Below, piece after piece: positions 39,765 through 51,522 of a stretch of 64,000 nt of DNA. Each line of letters starts with the position of its first letter. Position 1 is the first letter of the stretch. Source of the stretch: Eledone cirrhosa (lineage: Eukaryota); contig OZ024740.1 in the NCBI GenBank assembly GCA_964016885.1, positions 219,976,001 to 220,040,000 of the forward strand, read 5' to 3'. The translations under genes were made by a program, and so were the position numbers. The notes beneath the pieces were generated by a model. The model was not told the DNA's origin. It saw only the letters and a list, made by a program, of their open reading frames with translations, and made no database searches.

Positions 39765-40200
39765 ATTAATTTCTAATTCAGGTAAAGGCCAGTATGCTTT
39801 TTGGAGTGGGGGGATTACATCGACTCAGTACTTGACTGATATTTTATTTTATTGATCCTGAAAGGATGAAAGGCAAAGTTGACCTCAGTGAGATTTGAAC
39901 CCAGAATGAAAAAAACTGAAACAAATACTTCTAAGCATTTTTCCAGTACTCTAATGAGTAACAATCTACTACCTTCAGACAAGCCAAAAATAATAGTTTC
40001 TGATTTAGGCACAAGGCCAACAATTTGAGGGGAGTGGAAAGTCGATTAAATCGACCCCAGTGCATTACTGATGCTTTATTTTGTTGACGCCGTAAGGATG
40101 AAAGGCAAAGCTAACCTCAGCAAGATTTGAACTCAGAATGTAAAGGGCCGCAACTCTACACTACACAGCATGTTGTCCAATGTTCTACCGATACTGCCAA
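39765..40200 (-). mobile_element. Two SINE family A copies
   Basis: aggatgaaaggcaaag..acctcag..agatttgaac.cagaatg cores and ...ctaccgatactgccaa head. Confidence 0.8.
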
Positions 40201-40736
40201 TAATAATTAAACCCCCAGCAGTATGACAAGACTGCCACAACCAAAGAGAACGTCATAAAGTGTTGCAATGTGATCCTGCACCAGATAGCATACTCAATGA
40301 CTTAATATGACAGAACTAGAAGCTACTCTAAAATATTTCAATGACTAAATTCATGTCCTAATTCAGTTTAAACAAAGCTGATTTAAGTGAAGAAACAAAG
40401 CTTTAAAAATACTTAAAATACTATTTACAGAAATTCAAAACCTTTTAAGACACAAATTTTATTTATTTTTTTATTTGACAATCTATTTAAAGTAAAGTGG
40501 ATGCTCATCATCATCACTTTACATCCCCCTTGCCACACTAGTATGGGTTGGACACCTTGCCATTGCCCAAGATCAGACAAAACAAATTGACCAACCTTGC
40601 TTGTTATGTTCCATATTTGGCAGGATTTCTATGGTTGGATACCTTTCTTCACACCAACCACCTTAAAGGGTATATTGGGTGCATTCCTCATGACACCAGC
40701 ACAAATGTGTTTTCAAGGCACCAGCACTACCACTTT

Positions 40737-42014
40737 ACAGACTGAAGTGGGTGAATTTTAACATGGTGTACTACATGCATTTTATTGTGGAGCCAGAGCT
40801 AACAATTACAGACTGAAGTGGGTGAATTTTTACAAGGTGTACTACATACATTTTATTGTGGAGCCAGAGCTAACAATTACAGACTGAAGTGGGTGAATTT
40901 TTACAAGGTGTACTATATACATTTTATTGTGGAGCCAGAGCTAACAATTACAGACTGAAGTGGGTGAATTTTTACAAGGTGTACTACATACATTTTATTG
41001 TGGAGCCAGAGCTAACAATTACAGACTGAAGTGGGTGAATTTTTACAAGGTGTACTACATGCATTTTATTGTGGAGCCAGAGCTAACAATTACAGACTGA
41101 AGTGGGTGAATTTTTACAAGGTGTACTACATACATTTTATTGTGGAGCCAGAGCTAAGAATTACAGACTGAAGTGGGTGAATTTTTACAAGGTGTACTAC
41201 ATGCATTTTATTGTGGAGCCAGAGCTAACAATTACAGACTGAAGTGGGTGAATTTTTACAAGGTGTACTACATACATTTTATTGTGGAGCCAGAGCTAAG
41301 AATTACAGACTGAAGTGGGTGAATTTTTACAAGGTGTACTACATGCATTTTATTGTGGAGCCAGAGCTAACAATTACAGACTGAAGTGGGTGAATTTTTA
41401 CAAGGTGTACTACATGCATTTTATTGTGGAGCCAGAGCTAACAATTACAGACTGAAGTGGGTGAATTTTAACAAGGTGTACTACATGCATTTTATTGTGG
41501 AGCCAGAGCTAACAATTACAGACTGAAGTGGGTGAATTTTTACAAGGTGTACTACATGCATTTTATTGTGGAGCCAGAGCTAACAATTACAGACTGAAGT
41601 GGGTGAATTTTAACAAGGTGTACTACATACATTTTATTGTGGAGCCAGAGCTAACAATTACAGACTGAAGTGGGTGAATTTTAACAAGGTGTACTACATG
41701 CATTTTATTGTGGAGCCAGAGCTAACAATTACAGACTGAAGTGGGTGAATTTTTACAAGGTGTACTACATGCATTTTATTGTGGAGCCAGAGCTAACAAT
41801 TACAGACTGAAGTGGGTGAATTTTTACAAGGTGTACTACATGCATTTTATTGTGGAGCCAGAGCTAACAATTACAGACTGAAGTGGGTGAATTTTTACAA
41901 GGTGTACTACATGCATTTTATTGTGGAGCCAGAGCTAACAATTACAGACTGAAGTGGGTGAATTTTTACAAGGTGTACTACATGCATTTTATTGTGGAGC
42001 CAGAGCTAACAATT
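40737..42014. repeat. Minisatellite, 71-bp unit, 18 near-identical copies
   Basis: Unit acagactgaagtgggtgaatttttacaaggtgtactacatgcattttattgtggagccagagctaacaatt. Starts at 40737, 40808, 40879 and so on; 1278 bp = 18 x 71; only a few variant sites. Confidence 0.97.
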
Positions 42015-42979
42015 AAAATTATACCTATGGTGAGGAGAAAAAATTATTATCTTGACTCATTCTGAAGATGTTTTTATCTTTGAAATGTACCATAAAAATG
42101 TAAAAATAATGAATATGCAGACGCAGGCATGATCATGTGGTTAAGAAGTTCACTTTGTAATCATGTGGTTCCAGATTCATTTCTCTATGTGGTTCTTTAG
42201 GCAAGTGTCTTGTTTCTATAGTTTCAGGTTAATCACTACCTTGTAAGCGGAATTTGGTAGAAGGAATCTACACAAGTATATGTGTATGCATGTGTGAGTG
42301 TGCGTGTGTGTTTGTAGCAATGTTTGTGTGCGTGTGTGTGTGTTTGACACAAAACTGGTGTTGTGCCAAAAAGATATTTTTTACTGTTTAGCCAGAGAGG
42401 GAGAGTCAATGCTCATGACCCTTTTTAGAACCTCTCAGACTAGTAGGAGGGAGGGTGGTATCTTCAAATCAGAGACCTAGTCCAAATACTTGCAACAGAG
42501 AATGGACTCTGCTAAAGGCACCCCAGAGCCAAGAAGTTGCGTTAAACCAAGTAAGTGATTAAATCTACCCCACCTATGATAACTTGGCCCCTCAATAAAA
42601 TAAGTACTGAACTAAAATAGTTACTGGGGTTAATATGATTAACTAAAACCCCAGCATGACTGCAGTCCAATCAATAAAACCAGTAAAAGCATAAAAGAAT
42701 ACATTTAATGAAATTATTTTGGTTGTGTGTGTGGAAGGGGTTCCTTAGGTTTGTTTTTGGTTTCTCTAGTGTTTTGGGGTGGGGTCTTTAGGTTATTTTT
42801 ATTTACATCATTTATTTACTATCATTAATGCACTAAATTACCTGTGAAGCTTTGGGGAAGAATTTGGGTGTGTTCCATAAAATATGTTTGTATATAAATT
42901 ATTTGCTGCTATCATCACGAGCCAGTTGTTGTTGTTGGTGGTGGTGGTGGTGGCATTGGTGTTATTATTTCTATAATTA

Positions 42980-43910
42980 AGGCAGATGATTAGCAGATTC
43001 CTTAGAATGTCAGCCAAGACACCTTGCAGTGTTTAGTTACTGCTCTTTATGTTCTGAGTTCAAATCATGTTACAGTCAACATTGTCTTCCATCCTCCCAA
43101 GGTCAATCAAACAAATTACCAGTCACATACTAGAGTCGATATAAAAGATAAAACCATTCCATCTAAATCATGGCATTGAACCTATGTTAGAAACTGTCAT
43201 CACCATCGTCAGTTATTATTATTATTATTATGGTAGTGGATTGGCAGTATCGGTAGAGGGTCAGACACCATGCTTTGCAACATAGTGTTATGGCCCTTTA
43301 TGATCTGAGTTCAAATCCCACCGAGGTTAACTTTGCCGTTCTTCCTTACGGGGTTGATAAAATAAAATACCAGTAATGTACTGGGGTTGATTTAATCGAC
43401 TTCCCCTCCCCCAAAATTGCTGGCCTTGTGCCTATATAAGAAACCATTATTAGGGAAGAGGATTAACAGTATCGGTAGAGTGTCAGACAAAATGCTTTTC
43501 AGCATATAGTTATGTCCCTTTATGTTCTGAGTTCAAATCCTGCCAAGGTTAGCTTCGCCTTTCATCCTTATGGGATCAATAAAATAAAGTACCAGTCATG
43601 CACTGGAATTGATTTAATCGGCTTTCCCCTCCCCAAAATTGCTGGCCTTGTGCCTAAATCAGAAACCATTGTTATTGAGAAGGCGGATAACTTTGTATTA
43701 TGACTATTGACATTGACAAGGGTGGTAGATTGGCAATATCGGTAGAGGGTCAGACGCCATGCTTTGCAGCACTGTTACGTCCCTTTATGGTCGGAGTTCA
43801 AATCCCGCCGAGATTAACTTTGCCTTTCATCCTTACGGGGTCGATAAAATAAAGTACCAGTAATGTACTGGGATAATTGCTGGCCTTGTGCCTAAAGTAG
43901 AAACAATTAT
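42980..43910 (+). mobile_element. Cluster of four head-to-tail SINE family A copies
   Basis: Heads at about 42980, 43230, 43455 and 43720, each with gagttcaaatc and gcctttcatcc.tacggggtcgataaaat variants. The last copy has a TSD-like ttat(g/a)actattgacatt on both sides. Confidence 0.88.
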
Positions 43911-44534
43911 AACTATTGACATTACTGTTGTTTTGTAAGTATGAATATCATTTTTACTATTTAGTCAGGGAGAAAAGGGTAGTTCCTATGATTCATTTAG
44001 GAACCTTCAAGACTGGTGGGAGGAAGGTATTCCTAAATTAGAGACCTGATTGAAATATTTGCAAAAGAGTGGTCTCTGCTAAATGCACCCAAGTAGGCTA
44101 CAGTTGTATTTGAACTTAGAATGTGAAAAGCTGCAACAGATACTTCAAAGGATCTCATGCAATGCTCTAATAATTCTGCCAATGAAGTACCCTAACCTGG
44201 CATTTTATTTCATTAAACCTGAATAAATGAAATGCAAAGTTGATCTCACCAAGATTTGTGTAATTAAGGAGTGTAAAAAGCAAAAATATATACCATGAGG
44301 CTTTTTGCCCTATGCCATAATGATACTGCTAATTCACTGCCTATATATATATAACAAACAATTTAATTCTGTAATTTAGCTAAGAATTTAAATGTATATA
44401 TAAATTTGAGTGACTTTCATCTATCCGTCACACAATGTGTGTGTGTATTTGTGTGAATGTATGTGTGTAAAAGGAAGGAAGCGGGTGGTGAAAATCTATA
44501 GCAAAACAGCAGCTGGCGTTCTATTTACTACGCT

Positions 44535-44601
44535 GTATGTGTGTTTGTGTAAATGTATGTGTGTGTTTGTGTAAATGGACGTGTGTGGTTGTGTGAATGT
44601 T

Positions 44602-44638
<37 letters not shown>

Positions 44639-44890
44639 AAATATATGTGTGTGTGTGTGTGGAAATATATGTGTGTGATTGTATGTTTGTATGTTTGTGT
44701 GAATGTATGTGTGTTTGTATGAATGTATGTGTGTGCTTGGCTGAATGCATGTGAGTGTTTGTGTAAATGTATGTGTGTGTGTGTTCATGTGAATATGTGT
44801 GAATGTATGTGTGTGTGTGTGAATGTAGGTGTATTTGTGTGAATGTATGTCTGTAGTATGTATTTTTGTAAGTGTGTCTGTGTTTGTGCA
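44535..44890. repeat. Degenerate (GT)n/(GTAT)n microsatellite
   Basis: Directly visible; source of the THTH ORFs. Confidence 0.9.
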
Positions 44891-45906
44891 TATATAATTA
44901 TCTACTCATACATATAAATGTATGAATATACACACAAGCACAAACATATACACATACGCATCAGGGTGTTGAAAAAATCCTAGTAGAATAAATAGAAGAA
45001 ATAACTTAGATACGTTACTGAAGATGGCAAATAATTGATGGTTTTAGCATTTTGTATTAAGACAGAGATATTTTAGATCTCTCAGAACAATCATTTTATA
45101 GATAAGCATAAAAGAGAAACTATTAAACTCTAACCCTTCAATACCAAATTGCCAGACACTGCTTCTGATTCTATGGATACTGAACTGTGTTTTAAGCTGT
45201 TTATAACTAGCTAAAAACCTTTAATTATAATTCTATGTAAGAATTTTTCTTGTTCCAGACACCAGCTTAATAATGAAAATGTTGATTATATTACTAAATC
45301 CCTCCAAATTCTTGATTATTTTCAAAAATTATTAGAAAATCATATACAGTGTCATTTATGAGAAATATTATGTTTGTGTGTGTCTGTGTATAGGATGCAA
45401 GTATGGCTGTGTAATTAAGGAGTTCACTTAGCAGACATGCGATTTTGAGTTCTATCCCACTGCATGGCACCTTGGGCAAATGTAACTATTGAGTCAAGTA
45501 AACTAATGTCTTGTGAGTGAATCTAGTAGATGAAAACTATGAGGAAACCCATAATATAGTATATGACACTTGCCTAAAGTGCAGCACAAAAATGGAGCTT
45601 ACAAGCACCTGACAAGTCTAGCTTCAGCATGTGACAGCCTATCTAACTCATGCAAGCATGGAAAATAGACATTAAACAGTGATTATATATGTTATATATG
45701 TACATAAATACATATACATACATATATATACACTTTTAGTCATTAACACATTAAGCACAATGTCTATTAACCCACTTTTATTAAGGTGATTAAAAGAAAT
45801 ATGTAAAAAAACAAACTATTGTTACATAAGAGAAAAGTACTTAATTAGTGAAACTTCATTAAAAGAGTAGGAAATTAAAAGAATTTCAATACTGAAGGCA
45901 CAATAT

Positions 45907-46250
45907 GGAGGCACATGGCTTAGTGGTTAGAGTATTGGCCTTGCAATCGAAAGGTTGTGAGTTCAATTCTCAGACAGGGTGATGTGTTGTTTCCTTGAGC
46001 AAGACACTTTATTTCACATTGCTCCAGTTTACTCAGCTGTAGAAATGAGATGATAGGGACTTGGGCCCCTATCATTCCACTGTAAAGTGGTCGTGGAGGT
46101 GCCACGGCAAAAAAGCACCCAGCACTCACTGTAAATGAGGCTGGTGTTAGGAAGGGCATCCAGCTGTAGAAATCAAGCCAGAATCAGTTCCCGTCCCACC
46201 CTTGCAAGCAGAGAAAAGTGGACGTAAAATGAAATGAAAATGATGATGAA
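45907..46250 (+). mobile_element. SINE family B head and core joined to an RTE 3' tail
   Basis: ggaggcacatggcttagtggttagag...gagttcaattctc, followed by cactgtaaagtggtcgtggaggtgccacggcaaaaaagcacccagc...ggaagggcatccagctgtagaaa...ggacgtaaaatg..tgatgatga. Confidence 0.8.
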
Positions 46251-47414
46251 ATGAAACCTTAATATTTTAATTATGTTTTCATTCTTACTTGAAACAAAAT
46301 GAATGTTAATGATGATAAATACATTGTAAACATTTTTATAAAGATCAAATTGTTAGGAAAGTGAATTTGAAGGTTTAACCTGAATAAACAACCAATATAA
46401 TAATATGCCATGTGTATTTGTATAAATTTTGGGTCTTTAAAATCCTAAGTTTATTTTTCTTAAACACAATTTCTACTCAATTTACAATTTCTTTGTATGT
46501 TTTATTCATTTTACTCCAGAAAAAATATCTTTAAATGTTTTATGGTAATATTTTTTGTAAGATCTACTACCAAGGACATGATGTTTGAGAAGGCAAAATT
46601 GGCAGTGCCCACAGAAACTGAAACTATGAATATTCATTACAAATATCTGAGAAGGTAAGGTTGGCAGTGCCTAACAAAACTGAAACTATGAATAATCATT
46701 ATGAAATAAAAAAGTAAATGATTTTCAATTCATTATAAAAATGCTAATTTAATGCTTGGAAGTCAATTTAAATTCAGTAAATAACTAATTTGATGATAAT
46801 CAGACAATATCTACAGCTTTTCAAATTCATTGAATATAGTATGTGCAACCCTATTAAATCCACATGCCATGACCAGCTCCAGAATGAAATAAATATAGAA
46901 TAAATAAACAGAATTATATCTGCTTTTCACATAATTGTTTTGACTGGTATGTTGCTGTACTAGAAAAATACCAATGTTTGTACCCACCAATACAAACACT
47001 GTGACACTAAAAATAAACATGATGAGATATTGAAAACTACATGGAGTGGAGAGGTCTTTTTGGCCTACACTGGATGAGACAACTTCTCTAGTATTGGTGT
47101 CATGGTGGAAGACATCCTCTCTCGTGCTGGTGCCACAATAAAATACACCCAGTAAACTGTGTAAAGTGGTAGTGCTCAAGCCATGTTAAAATATACTCAG
47201 AACAATTAGTAAAGAGGTTAGCCAAGTACAAAATGTATGAGCAAAACATGGTTCTCCAAATCATATCAACATGAAAAGCAAAGATAAATGACGATGAGGA
47301 TGATGATAAGATCAGTATCATTACAAAGTAAGGACTGTATTCTTATGTGTTTATTTCAAGGGATTGAGCAAATTCCAAGAAACATTTTATACTATGTGAG
47401 TGTATAAAATAGTA

Positions 47415-47517
47415 ATAATTGTTTCTACTTTAGGCACAAGGCCAGCAATTACCCAGTACATTACTGGTACTTTATTTTATCGATCCCGTAAGGATGAAAG
47501 GCAAAGTTAACCTCGGG
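47415..47517 (-). mobile_element. 5'-truncated SINE family A with TSD
   Basis: 3' half only; gtataaaatagtaataat duplicated at 47402-47419 and 47518-47535. Confidence 0.85.
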
Positions 47518-48289
47518 GTATAAAATAGTAATAATGAATGATATAATTGACAGGATGCTGTGGAAGAGGAAAACCAAGGAAGATGTGAAAGCTGATCTGA
47601 AGATGCTGAAACTCACAAAGGGAATGACAAAGGAATGCAAGAAGTGGCAAGATGCTGTCTTTATAGTGGACCTATCCAATCTATGCAAGCATGGAAAAGT
47701 GAACAGGAAAAAGAAATCTGAAATCATTAAATATTTCATAAAGTACTTTAGAAAATATTTGCCTCAGCTGTGTACAACTTAAGATATGTTCTTTTCTTTG
47801 ACTGATACATGTATGTGTATGTCTAGCTTCCAGTTTATAAGGCTGGTTAGCAGACTAATATATTATACACTTCGTCGTTCTCTGTGAATTTATTACTAAA
47901 CATATTGAGTCCTTTATAGAACTTAAATCAGCCTTCTAAGGGAAGTTGGACTGAACGATTCTATTTAATGATTGATTTGTCATCTCTTTTCAATCAGTTG
48001 TGTGTTGTACAAGAACAGCTAGCTAGCTTCCTCTATATAAGGCTGGTTAGTAGACCAATTATTCCTTTGGTGGTCTGGTTGATGAAATCAGAAAACAACT
48101 TGTGGAAACTATATATAGTCCTCAAAAGTAAAATATGTATTCAGCATATGTCTTCTGTCTGGAATAAGTCTTGTTTTTCAGTTACATTTGATTTCTATCT
48201 CAAAGACAATAGTCATAGCTGTTTTCATTAAATATTTCATGAAGCACTTTAGAGTAGATTTGCCACAGTTTTATATGAAGTAAGAAGAT

Positions 48290-49975
48290 TCTTGACTGAT
48301 AGCACAGCTGATTAGGGATCAGATTAACCTAGATGAGATGCAGTTCAGATTTGTACTAGGTGCACCACATATGCTCTTTTCTTTGTGAAGCAGCTGCAAT
48401 AGAAGTACCTTGCTAAAAATAAACCACTCTACTTGACATTTGTTGATCTTGAGAAAGCTTTTGACAGAGTCCCCCATGCCATAATCTAGTGGGCTTTTAC
48501 AAAACTAAGAGTAGAAGAGTAGCTTCTGAAGGCTGTACAAGCCATGTATAGGGGAGCAGTAGGCAAAGATAGGATTAACAACGACTATAGCGAGGAATTT
48601 AGCATGCAGGTTGGTGTCCACCAGAGCTCTGTTCTTAGCCCTCTCCTGTTTAATATCATTCTGCAGGCTACAACAGAGGAGTTTAAGACTGGCTGAGAGG
48701 GCTAAGAACAGAGCCATGATCCTCCCGGAGAAATGGCCTTGCTCAGTGTGTAGGAAAGGTGTAGGTAGGAATTCCATCCAAATGCAAACTATGGGCACAC
48801 AAGAGATGTAGTGGGATCCCAGGTAATTTAACTATGAATGTAGGTTTTACATGTAGCCATTGCACTGGAGCAGTAAGTAGCAAATGACCACAGGAAACAA
48901 TGCTATCAAATTCTAGGAAAGTTCAGTAGAAGCGGTAGACAGCGTCTGCTACCTAGGTGACCAAATTAGCAGCAAAAGTGGGTGTTCTGAAAGTACAGTA
49001 GCCTGAGTGAGGACAGATTGGAAGAGGTTCAAGAAGCTACTACCACTGCTAACTACAAAAGGTTTTTCCCTCAACATAAAAGGCAGATTGTATGACGCAT
49101 GTATATGAGTAGCAGTGTTGCATGGTAGTGAGATCTGGGCACTGTGTGCAAAAGACTTATAAAGATTGGAAAGAAATGAAGCTTGCATGCTTCAACGGAT
49201 GTATAATGGTAATATACGTGAATGGCAAAGCATAAATGAACTGAAAGAGAAACTAGGCATGAGAGGAATCAGATGCAGTGTGCAGGAGAGGAGATGGCGG
49301 TGGTATGGACATGTGATGTGGATGAAGGATGACAGCTGTATAAAAAGGTGCAGAGTGCTCAAAGTTGATGGTAGTTATGGAGTAGGAAGACCCAGGGAGA
49401 CTTGGGATGAGGTGATAAAAGCTGACCTTGCACAATTGCACTTCTCAAAGGCAATGACACAGGACGGGGATCACTGGTGTTATGCAATAATATAAAAGAC
49501 TCGCCTTCGCATGAGCACAGGCCAAAGTATACATCTGGTATGCACCTTCACCTTCATCCCCCACTTCCATACTCCTTCCACGTTCTAATACTTCCCCCCT
49601 CACACACACCCATATACCCACCTCACTAATCCCAACACACCCTTTCCACCAAAGCCCCCAGCCCACACTGTAAAGTGGTCATGTAGGTGTCACATCAAAA
49701 AGCATCCAACCCACACTATAAAGTGGTTGTGTAGGTGTCATTACAAAAAGCACCTAGTCCACACTGTAAAGTGGACATGTAGGTGTAATGACAAAAAGCA
49801 CCCAGCACTCACTGTAAATGTGGTTGGCATTAGAAAAGGCATCCAGCTGTAGAAACCAAGCCCAAATCAGTTCTGTATGAGCAAGACATGGTCATCTGAC
49901 CTTGAATTGCCTAAAATAGGACAATCCATCTAACCCATGCTAGTGTCGAAAATGGACGTATGATGATGATGATAT
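48290..49975 (+). mobile_element. Degraded RTE-clade LINE (partial RT, Cys/His finger, C-terminus, 3' UTR, (TGA)n tail)
   Basis: DEMQFRFV, KYLAKNKPLYLTFVDLEKAFDRVP, VGVHQSSVLSPLL, CYLGDQIS, KGRLYDACI*VAVLHGSEIW, ERRWRWYGHV...GRPRETWDEVIKADL. Multiple stops; the YADD region is missing. Confidence 0.92.
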
Positions 49976-50047
49976 ATATGTATATGTAGCAATGTCCATA
50001 GGTGTAAAAAGGAAAAAGAAAACCAGTTCTCAATCAGGAAGATTATA

Positions 50048-50260
50048 TTATAAGATGTTCACATCTAGGAAATTTGCATTAGTAAGATTTGAATTAACCA
50101 TAATTTTAAGTCCTAGTGCACTAAATGTGTTAATAATGTTTTTATGGAATCTGTCCAGAATCTGTCTGTTATAATCTTGTGAAAATGAAAGATCATCGTC
50201 ACAGTATAGACCAAAGGAGTGGTTGGAGAATTTAGACATTATATCTTTTCTTTCTCTTTC
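50048..50260 (-). mobile_element. Penelope-like element RT fragment
   Basis: FGLYCDDDLSF...LDRFHKNIINTFSALGLKIMVNSNLTNANFLDVN matches the PLE RT pattern GLYRDDGL...GLKITIExNxxxVNFLDVT. Confidence 0.75.
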
Positions 50261-50483
50261 CACACTTACATAATACAATACATTTTATATACTACTCTAC
50301 GCCATACCTTAAATATTACCATCTCTGTTACATTACACCACATAATACAATAATCCTGCTATAGTATACAAACACGTGGTCAATCTCAACATTCAAATTT
50401 ACATCTTGGAGTTATTTCCCTTTGTTATATTACGTTTTTTTTAGCAAGCTTTACTTTTAACAGTATCTTATAAACTCATATAA

Positions 50484-50565
50484 GTGTCTGAAGAAAGGTA
50501 CTAATTTGTGCCTCTTGCATTCTGGAGGTATGGTCAAATTTGGGCCTTGAAGCCTTGCGTAGCAC
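50484..50565 (+). ncRNA. Hammerhead-like motif with a long extended stem II and one core change (GAAG instead of GAAA)
   Basis: gtgt-CTGAAGA-aaggt..aatttg-tgcctc-ttgcattctg-gaggta..caaatt..gcctt-GAAG-c-cttgc-g-TA-gcac. Stem I gtgt/gcac and three stacked helices in stem II; about 200 bp from a Penelope RT relic. Confidence 0.55.
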
Positions 50566-50599
50566 CTTTGTTTCGTGTATAAACATAAATAAATAAATA

Positions 50600-50632
<33 letters not shown>

Positions 50633-51226
50633 GGTCTCTCCCATTGTATTTTGATGTGTGAGGGTTCAACAATCTTCCCAGTTCAATTCTTTTTATGGTT
50701 ATGTCTTAAATGACTCTTTAGCTCAGCTGCTGATTTACACATCAAGATACATTTAGTGCAGGACAGGATTTTGAGCAAAGCAGAAAAGAATTTTTGCTCT
50801 GATCTAGGTGTTATATATATATATATATATATATATATTACCTGTCATCACTCATGATTGAGTATGACTTGGTAATATGCACTATGGTCTTGCTAAGGGT
50901 TTTAGGTGCACATACTGTCATAAGGATACACATGCAGCCTCTCAACCCTTTCTCCTTTGATCCAGTAAAACATCCAGAATGTGATAACTGGAAGGAGAGA
51001 GAGAGGGATGTACTTGCACTGAGCCGGTACTTTTTCTATCTACACCAAAAGAATGAAAATGAAAATGGACATCCGCAGGATTTGAACTCAAAACACAGTG
51101 ACCTGGAACAAATATCCAATGTTCTAATGACAATACCATGTCAACCACTTTACAAACACACACATATATTATGAGTATGTAAATACAACTGCATAAAACA
51201 CACCTATGTATAAGGATGTATATATA

Positions 51227-51400
51227 CAGTGAAATTCCGTAATAACAAAATTCATGGGGTATTAAAAAAAAATTGTAACGAAAAATTCTTTAAAACGAGA
51301 TCGACCGAAACACATCGAACGTGTGGCTGGGAATTGAAAATAATTTTGTTATACTGAAAAATTTGTTATAATGGTATTCGTTATAATGGAATTTTACCTG
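51227..51400. mobile_element. Tc1/mariner-pogo-type MITE
   Basis: TA-CAGTGAAATTCCGTAATAACAAAATTC ... GTATTCGTTATAATGGAATTTTACCTG; imperfect TIRs of about 27 bp. Confidence 0.75.
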
Positions 51401-51491
51401 CAATAGTGCTTATGTTTGTTTATATGCATGCACAGACAATCCACTGAACAGTTTATAATTCTTCTTTGTATACGTACATGAGTTTTTATAT

Positions 51492-51522
<31 letters not shown>

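Noticed and set aside
40737-42014. CRISPR-like regular array
   Set aside because: Units are contiguous and near-identical with no unique spacers, there are no cas genes, and the context is a eukaryotic intron. It is a minisatellite.
45907-45985. tRNA gene candidates at SINE heads (also 24115, 13673, 17334)
   Set aside because: A and B boxes are present, but there is no full cloverleaf or acceptor stem and each continues into a SINE body.
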